A stretch of DNA of 64,000 bases from Octopus vulgaris. Taxonomy: Eukaryota. Below the pieces are notes generated by a model. That model made no database searches. It was not told where the DNA came from and was given only the letters and a program-made list of their open reading frames with translations. Shown here piece after piece: positions 55,727 to 64,000 of the stretch; position 1 is the first letter of the stretch; each line of letters starts with the position of its first letter. The position numbers and the translations under genes are program-made. Where the stretch lies: contig OX597814.1 of NCBI GenBank assembly GCA_951406725.2, positions 9,734,001-9,798,000 on the forward strand. Reading direction: 5' to 3'.

Positions 55727-56510
55727 GATTGGCTTGATTTAATTTAATCAGGTTAGTTTACCATTAAACAGTAGATGAAACGGTGCATCGTATAAGAAAT
55801 TACAGGGTAAATGTTTTTTAATTTTCTCCTGGTTAACGGAATTAATGTTATTTTGCGGTTGAAGCTTTGGCTGTTATTTCTAGTGGGTGAATGGCCTATT
55901 ATGGCCGTTCCTTGATTGTGATGTTGAACTTATAAATGGTCTATGACTATTTAATTTTTTCCCACTAGGCCGCTGGTGGCAAAAAAATTCTACAAAATTT
56001 TTTTTGCCACCCTATATTGATTAATTATGAATTTTCTGGTTGATTCCGTAATGGAATCGGCGGCTTATATTTATTTGCTGCCGATAAATTTGGCGCGAGT
56101 TCGATGATTTGAAAATTTTAGGTCAGATATTGCCGAGGCAGGGACAGAAATGCCTCGTGAAAATATCTGTTCCGTTCTGGCTATTTCTTACTGAGGAATC
56201 TAAGGGCCTATGGAAGATTGGCTTGATTTAATTTAATCAGGTTAGTTTACCATTAAACAGTAGATGAAACGGTGCATCGTATAAGAAATTACAGGGTAAA
56301 TGTTTTTTAATTTTCTCCTGGTTAACGGAATTAATGTTATTTTGCGGTTGAAGCTTTGGCTGTTATTTCTAGTGGGTGAATGGCCTATTATGGCCGTTCC
56401 TTGATTGTGATGTTGAACTTATAAATGGTCTATGACTATTTAATTTTTTCCCACTAGGCCGCTGGTGGCAAAAAAATTCTACAAAATTTTTTTTTGCCAC
56501 CCTATATTGA

Positions 56511-56518
<8 letters not shown>
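55727..56518 (+). mobile_element. Partial tandem (1.6 copies) of a 489-bp non-coding HHR-containing unit
   Basis: 55727-56028 is repeated almost exactly at 56216-56518. The HHR lies at 56183-56289, and the element ends in (TA)n. Confidence 0.85.
56183..56289 (+). ncRNA. Type I hammerhead ribozyme with long stem II
   Basis: AUUUCUUA-CUGAGGA-AUCUA[58 nt]UAGAU-GAAA-CGGUGCAUCG-UA-UAAGAAAU: 8-bp stem I, near-palindromic stem III, GUA site at 56281. Confidence 0.85.
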
Positions 56519-56561
<43 letters not shown>

Positions 56562-56686
56562 ATAAGCAAAGGCTAAAGAAAGTTTTCTAAAGCCAATATA
56601 CTGAAATCCACGTTTAATCTACTTGCTACAGAAAGTTGAACTGAAATGCGGGCAACTCTACCTTTGGAACATCTAAATTTCGTTAT

Positions 56687-56743
56687 CTTAATATTGAATC
56701 AATTTCGGAATCAACACTAAGTGTTTGTTCTTCTTCAGTTAAG
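56687..56743 (-). ncRNA. Type I hammerhead ribozyme
   Basis: CUUAA-CUGAAGA-aGAAcaAACACuuaGUGUUgaUUCc-GAAA-UUGAuUCAA-UA-UUAAG. Confidence 0.75.
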
Positions 56744-56819
56744 CTTACGAGAGAATATAAGTGAGATACTCACACGCGCCCATGGAAAACAGCGGAAGCG
56801 AATAACACAAGCTCATCTG

Positions 56820-56971
56820 ATTTGTTTCAGTCATTTGACTGCGGCCACGCTGGAGCACCGCCTTTTAGTCGAACAAATCGACCCTAGGACTTATTCTTTG
56901 TAAGCCTAGTACTTATTCTATCGGTCTCTTTTGCTGAACCGCTAAGTTACGGGGACCTAAACACACCAGCA
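56820..56971 (-). mobile_element. SINE family B, 3' fragment
   Basis: ttgtttcagtcatttgactgcggccacgctggagcaccgcc. Confidence 0.85.
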
Positions 56972-57618
56972 TATATGAGGCTGACAATATGAGGCGGTTC
57001 TTGAGATATCTTGTTCAAGAAACAAACAAACACGACTGAAAACAATACCTCCATCTTCGTTAAGGCACCGAATCTACGTAGTAGATATACAATACGCCAA
57101 ATTTAACTACTTCTCCATAGACTGACAAAAGTCAACTGCCTTAATAGAATTACGAATATTCTCGTCAGCAGTGTCAACATCACTTGACCAATCACAGATA
57201 AATAAGCAGCGAGTCTGTTTGTGTACACAATAAATCCAGATGCTTCAGAGAATTGGAGTTACTAATTTGCATACCATAGGTATGCAAATTAGTTGCTGGT
57301 AATTCTCTGGTAATTCTCCAATTCTCCATAGGTAATTCAGCATGTAACACTTCACGTTTAATTCCTTTTTATTTACAACACAGCCTTGGATATTCGTTTC
57401 TTTCTTAAAGAGCAGCCCTTTCTTGAAAGGAAAACAAATCATAATTCATGTGACAGTATGATTGGATTGCAGGAAAGTATCTGATTATATCCCGTATCCA
57501 TGGCTGCTGTATTTACTACATTTAGCAAAAAAAAGTATCTGCTGCTCTAGTTACTGCCGCTGAAAGCTTCACAAAGATCTCTTCAACCATTCGTCCAGCG
57601 ACCAATTAGAAGTTCCGC

Positions 57619-57671
<53 letters not shown>

Positions 57672-57944
57672 AGTAGTAGTAGTCGTGGTGGTGGTGGTGG
57701 TGGTGGTTGAGATGCTAGTAGCAGTGGTTGTTTCAACAGCAGTAAGTACGACAGTAACCGCAGCATCAGTAAATCAACAAGCATGTATGGATATCAAAAA
57801 CATGCAGTTGGAATTTTAAAATGGTTAAGGCCTTATACCGCGGATGTAAATAGCATTACACGACAATCACTTGAAGCACTACGTCATCTGGTCATAATCC
57901 CTCAGAGCATTCGTAGACCGCCAACGTCGCGTCCAATGTAAGTC

Positions 57945-57995
<51 letters not shown>

Positions 57996-58142
57996 ATAAT
58001 TTAAGAAGGGCGAGGATTCTCCTATTTATCGCTCAGTTCAGTTTATTCTCTCATTATTTTATTCTCTTTTGAATACTTGCAAAAGATGAGACAGTGGTGT
58101 TGGTGGTGGTGACAGAAGTTCCAGTAACTGTAACTTCAGTAA

Positions 58143-58282
<140 letters not shown>

Positions 58283-59223
58283 TATATACACATATATATA
58301 TATGGGTATCAAATATATGGGTATCAAAAGTGCAGTCGGGTTACAAGGATTATTTATGCTTTGGGCGCCGGATGTAAATAACATTATATAACTATTATAA
58401 ATAGCTCTGTAAATTGTTTGTCATAAAAGTCGTTTGTTTACCAGCCTGCGATACATGAATGACTTCAGACCTAGACTGTTCCCCGAAGCCACCAAACAAA
58501 GCTACCAAACTATAGACAGGTTTAAACACAAGCATGCATTAACATAGTTTTGTAACTCATGGTTTTTACAGAGACTATGGTTTGTTCTAGAATAAGGCAA
58601 AAAATAAAAATAAATAAATAAAATGAAATAAAAAATAAAATAGAACTGAAATTCATACGTGCACACAAGAGCATTTCTATGTGGGCACTCAACCTTGTGC
58701 CAAAATTTGAAACAATGATGATGATGATGATGATGATGATGATCATCATCATCACCATTATCATCATTATATCCTCGTCGCCACCACCAACACATACACC
58801 CACCACCATCATTGTCTTGGTCCTTGTCCTCGTCCTCCATGTCTTCATCTCCACCCTCTTCCCGCTCCTTCTCCTCTTTATTATCATCATCATCATCGGC
58901 ATCCTCCTCCTCTTCATCATCATCGTCCGCATATCATCGTCATCACCACCAACACATACCCTCCACCATCATTGTCTTGGTCCCCGTCCGCATCACCATC
59001 CTCCTCTTCCTCCTCCTCCCCTCCTCTTCTTTCTCCTCCTCCTCCTCCTCTTCCTCCTCCTCCCCTCCTCTTCTTCCTCCTCCTCTTCTTCCTCCCCCTC
59101 CCCCTCCTCCTCCTCATCTTCATTATCACCATCATCACATTGCTACCTCCACAATCAAGACCACAACCACCGTCATCGTCGTCCCATCGTCAGCATCACC
59201 ATCATTATTACTGTTATAATTAA

Positions 59224-59438
59224 TGAGCTGGGTGAGCAGAAAAGTCAGAGTATCAGAATCAAAGATTTGCTTTCGTCTGTCTTTACGTTCTGAGTTCAAA
59301 TTGCGCCGTAGTCGACTTTGCTTTTCATCCTTTCGGGGTCGTTGAATTAAGTACAAGTTGCGTACTGGGATCGATCATATCGACTGATCTCCTCCCCGCA
59401 AAAATTTCTGGCCTTGTACCTCAGAGTAGAAAAGAATT
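59224..59438 (+). mobile_element. SINE family A
   Basis: tttcgtctgtctttacgttctgagttcaaattgcgccg. Confidence 0.8.
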
Positions 59439-59691
59439 AAAGCTTTTCTGTATTTGTTACAGTAGTTCAATTCCATTGTACAAATCCAGCCAAATTCATC
59501 TTTACCTTTATGCATTTCATTTCAAAATGGCCACATCTCTAGCACATGAAAGACACACTCTAGCCACAAAAGTGACAGCAGTCATCAAGAATTCAAATTT
59601 TAAGCCAATATTGAGCGAGATTCAAATAGCAATTCAGCCAGAAACACATAAAATAAAACAAAGACACTTTTGAAAGACAAACATTTACAAT

Positions 59692-59854
59692 AGGCGTAGG
59701 ATTGGCTGTGTGGTAAGTAGCTTGCTTACCAACCACATGGTTTCGGGTTCAGTCCCACTGCGTGGCACTTTGGACAAGTGTCTTCTACTATAGCCTCGGG
59801 CCGACCAAAGCCTTGTGAGTGGATTTGGTAGACGGAAACTGAAAGAAGCCCGTC

Positions 59855-59890
<36 letters not shown>

Positions 59891-60351
59891 TGGATTCTCT
59901 CATCGAAGACGATGAATGAGGGTTCAGTAAATAACCTTCAGCAATTCCTAAGCCTTGTTGCACCGCATGTGTACCTTCAATCCAGCAGATGTCTTGCACA
60001 CTTAATCGTCATAGAATTAAAAAAAAAAAAAGCACACATCGATGCGCCAAACCTCAGGTGTTATTTAAATGAAAATGGTTTACTGAACAACCGGCACTTT
60101 GACTTGTTTAAAGTGGTCATTGCTTGTGCTGAACAAAGCACACTCTCTCCATCGAATTAACATGGTCTGAACATGGTCTGTACAGGTGCACGGTGTACTA
60201 CACGTCAGATGATAAAACGATCGCAGGATTATCTTATAAGAGTGTTCCGTCTCCTAGATCAGTTGTGAGAGTCAACACTAAAGGGTCTGATCCACCCTGG
60301 TAGGCTTTCTGCGCGCCTGGGCACCATACCAGGTATTTCTAGGTACTCGCG

Positions 60352-60396
<45 letters not shown>

Positions 60397-60613
60397 ATAT
60401 GTTTGTGTGTCTGTGTTTGTCCCCCCAACATCGCTTGACAACCGACGCTGGTGTGTTTATGTCCCCGTAACTTAGCAGTTCGGCAAAAGAAACCGATAGA
60501 ATAAGTACTAGGCTTACAAAGAATAAGTCCAAGGGTCGATTTGTTCGACTAAAGGCGGTGCTCCAGCATGGCCACAGTCAAATGACTGAAACAAGTTAAA
60601 GAGTAAAAGAGTA
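59692..60613 (+). mobile_element. SINE family B halves (59692-59886, 60355-60613) separated by ~465 bp of other sequence inside the (TA)n tract
   Basis: The 5' half ends and the 3' half begins in (TA)n. Confidence 0.75.
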
Positions 60614-60744
60614 ATCGAAATGTGAAAAACACTAACAGTAAATGACGCAAGAAAGTTATATAAAAAACATTAAGAAAACGGTAACAAGAACCCCCCTCTC
60701 CTCATTCTCCACCCACGCATATTGTCTGTCTTCGACTTGATTCG

Positions 60745-61040
60745 GTCATTAGATAGCAGCCATGCAGCGGTGAACAACTTCAAGTGTTTAATCGAACAAA
60801 TGGATCCCAGTACTTTTAAAGTAAGCCTACAACGTATCCTGTCGGCTTTGCAGAATTGTTAAGTTACGGGACCGTAAGCAAACCAACATAGAATGTCAAG
60901 CGATGGTGAGGGAACACATATACATAAACGCACAAACAAACGCATACACACACACATACACACATACACACACACATGCAAGAATTTGGTCGGCACGGAG
61001 CTATAGAAGAAGACACTTGCCGAAGGTGCTACGCAACTAG
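60745..61040 (-). mobile_element. SINE family B, diverged
   Basis: gcagccatgc...aagttacgggaccgtaag...gaagacacttgccgaaggtg. Confidence 0.65.
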
Positions 61041-61619
61041 ATTGGAGTGAAGAAGATTAAAATGCGATATACGTTAAAACATTGAGTTGAGATAACTTGT
61101 AGAGGAATGGGAGATATAGAATCATATTTATTTTGTTGATGGACACTCATATCAAATTTATTGATTTATCTTGTTCAGGACGTTGATGAAATGTATGTCT
61201 GGACGCCATTTTAATTTTGGCCAAGAAACGAATGTAAATTTTTCGTGACGTTAGATTAACGGCAATATACATACATACATACATACATACATACATACAT
61301 ACATACATACATACATACACACATACATACATACATACACATACATACATACATAAATACATACATACATACGTACGTACGTACATACATACATGCATAC
61401 ATACATACATACGTACGTACGTACATAGTACATGCACATGTATATACACGTGCATATATTATATATACATTTTTATATATAGCCATATAAGTACATATAT
61501 ATATATATATATATTTGTACGCATTATTATATATATTATATTTATATATATATATATATATATGCATATACATATAGACAAACATAATATATTTAATAAT
61601 ACATATTATGTATAAATAC

Positions 61620-61706
<87 letters not shown>

Positions 61707-62155
61707 TATGTGTTTGTGTACACATAATATGTATATATATATGTATATCTTTCATACACTCACTCACATAGGTATATATATATGTGTATGTATTTGTTAG
61801 CATCAGTGCGTCTATGTGTGTGTGTGTGTGTTTGCGTGAGTGTGTTAGTGCGTGTCTATCTGTGTTGATGGGACTTGATGGTATTTATAAGATAGTCATA
61901 TTTCATTCGTTTCCGAAATCATCTGAGTTAGAATAAATTGATGGCGTGTGCGAAAGTTGCGTGGAATGCAGTATTTGTCTATCAAATAGCTTGGTCTGTA
62001 TACCTCGGTGAGTGAAGAAATTAGGTTCGGGGCAAATGAAATAGTATTTAGAAAGGTGCTTCAATATTTGATCTGTAGCGAGAGCATGAAGGCTCGTATT
62101 TAAAATAGAATGTAGATATTGACAGACCTATCATAGAACAGTGAGGAATTATATG

Positions 62156-62247
<92 letters not shown>

Positions 62248-62315
62248 TGATAAAAATGGTAAGACAACAAAAGAATGAAAGAGACCTCGATATTATGTAA
62301 AGAGATGAATTTATC

Positions 62316-62429
62316 TGTAAATGTAATATGTGACAATTATTCGGTAGCCAAGATAAAACTCCGAGTTTCCACCTCGGCATCCGAAACTCGGAGTTTTATC
62401 ATGGCTACCGAATAATTGTCACATATTAC

Positions 62430-62436
<7 letters not shown>
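62316..62436. repeat. Palindrome, 54-bp arms with a 13-nt spacer, each arm carrying an HHR 3' half
   Basis: One mismatch between arms; GAAA-CUCgGAG-UU-UUAUC reads outward on both strands. Confidence 0.85.
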
Positions 62437-62497
<61 letters not shown>

Positions 62498-62510
62498 CCG
62501 AGTTTGTATG

Positions 62511-62731
62511 ATTACTCTTTACTCTTTTACTTGTTTCAGTCATTTGACTGTGGCCATGAGGAGCACCGACTTTAGTCGAGCAAATCAACCCTGGGACTTA
62601 TTCTTTGTAAGCCCAGTACTTATTCTATCGCTCTCTTTTGCCGAACCGCTAGTTGACGGGGACATAAACACACCAGCATCGGTTGTCAAGCAACGCTAGG
62701 GAGACAAACACACTCACAAAAACACACACAC

Positions 62732-62779
<48 letters not shown>

Positions 62780-62939
62780 GACGGGCTTCTTTCAGTTTCC
62801 GTCTACCAAATCCACTCACAAGGCTTTGGTCGGCCCGAGGTTATAGTAGAAGACACTTGCCCAAAGTGCCACGCAGTGGGACTGAACCCGGAACCATGTG
62901 GTTGGTAAACAAGCTACTTACCACACAGCCACTTCTGCG
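62511..62939 (-). mobile_element. SINE family B, full length
   Basis: Tail ttactcttttactcttttac through head cttaccacacagccac. Confidence 0.9.
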
Positions 62940-63041
62940 ATTGTGTATAGAATATATATTAATCAAAGAAATTCCAACTTATTCTGGTTTTCACGTTTTA
63001 TTATTTGCAATTTTACAATATTGATATAAAATAGTACATTA

Positions 63042-63161
63042 ATGCGTTTAGCATCCATCACGTTTATGTAGTGACCTTTTGTGTTCCACAATCGACAACT
63101 GTCAGTTGTCAATTGTGAGACACGTTTGTCACTATATAAACCTGATGATTGCGTAACGCAT
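63042..63161. repeat. ~120-bp imperfect palindrome with HHR 5'-half remnant
   Basis: Centre gacaactg-t-cagttgtc; CUGAUGA-U-UGCGuaaCGCA-UGA at 63142-63163. Confidence 0.7.
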
Positions 63162-63294
63162 GATTAAGGTGTACACACATATGTGGATACATAACCAGCT
63201 GTGACACAGTGAATCTGGTTACAAACTCACGACATCCCATCCTAGCGATGACCTCGTATCAATCGTCTATCTTTTATATTTTTTTGTATCATTT

Positions 63295-63372
63295 ATGTGT
63301 TTCAATCATTAGGGTGCAGCCATGCTGGGGCAACGACTTGAGGAATTTTAGTCCTCAAACACAGACTCAAAG

Positions 63373-63421
<49 letters not shown>

Positions 63422-63587
63422 ACACATTAGATATATGCCTATACAATAGGCTTTCTGTTTCCGTCAACCAATCCACTCAGAAGGCTATAGTTGGACACCT
63501 GCTCTGAAGGCGTCACACAGTGGGACTGAACCCGGAACCATGAGGCTGGAAAGCAAACTTCTTACCACACAACCACGTCTGCGCCTA
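63295..63587 (-). mobile_element. SINE family B, diverged and deleted
   Basis: gcagccatgctgggg...cagtgggactgaacccggaaccatg...cttaccacacaaccac. Confidence 0.75.
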
Positions 63588-64000
63588 TAATTAACGTTTC
63601 CATGCTAGGAATCGAACCCAGAGGCCCGGATTTGATTCTAACTACAAGACTTTAAGCAGTTATTTTTTTTTAAAATAACACTTTCATTCAGACAGTCAAT
63701 GAAATTAAGATGCGATATCAGCTCCCCGCAACACAAATGACCACGTAATCTGCTGATGGAAAGGTATGATCTCTTCAGAAATCCAGACTGCAAAAGCGTC
63801 ATGGTTGATATATTGAAGAAAGATACATTCGTGATTCTTTCGTAACCAGAGTCTCTTTTGTCCATATATAGACAGACAATTGAAAAAGAAAGTCTAGCTT
63901 TGACTTCAATCACGCATTAGACTGGTAATTTGGAAATAGCCTTGAAAGATTTTCCGATTTGTGACCCAGGTAGAAAATCGTGCAGTAACCTCTATCGAAG

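Noticed and set aside
57135-57175. Minus-strand CUGACGA-GAAuaUUC-GUAA
   Set aside because: GAAA is mutated and there is no UH or stem III; too degenerate to call.
63750-64000. Plus-strand peptide containing IEKESLAL, reminiscent of Ty3/Gypsy RNase H
   Set aside because: Only one short motif, with flanks that do not match; needs TBLASTN.

Overview
AT-rich, microsatellite-saturated eukaryotic non-coding DNA. The SINE families resemble those I recall from octopus/cephalopod genomes (inference, not database-checked). I could not support any intact host protein-coding gene; nearly all ORFs in the track are translations of simple repeats. The window holds at least 30 tRNA-derived SINE copies in three groups, one of which forms ~184-bp tandem arrays. 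It also holds decayed CR1-like and Tx1/L1-like LINE fragments, mariner transposase remnants, hAT/mariner/Tigger-type MITEs, a non-autonomous Helitron and a Penelope-type GIY-YIG endonuclease remnant. The most striking signal is a set of type I hammerhead ribozyme (HHR) motifs from several unrelated short non-coding repeat families: about 7 near-complete and about 7 decayed or half copies. They mostly have a palindromic stem III, occur as outward-facing inverted pairs or partial tandems (368-bp and 489-bp units), and usually abut (TA)n tracts. One copy sits behind a tRNA-like Pol III promoter with a 13-bp TSD, and one has an unusually long stem II. This looks like a diverse system of Penelope-mobilised, ribozyme-carrying non-autonomous retroelements (retrozyme-like). 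Cleavage activity and expression cannot be judged from sequence.
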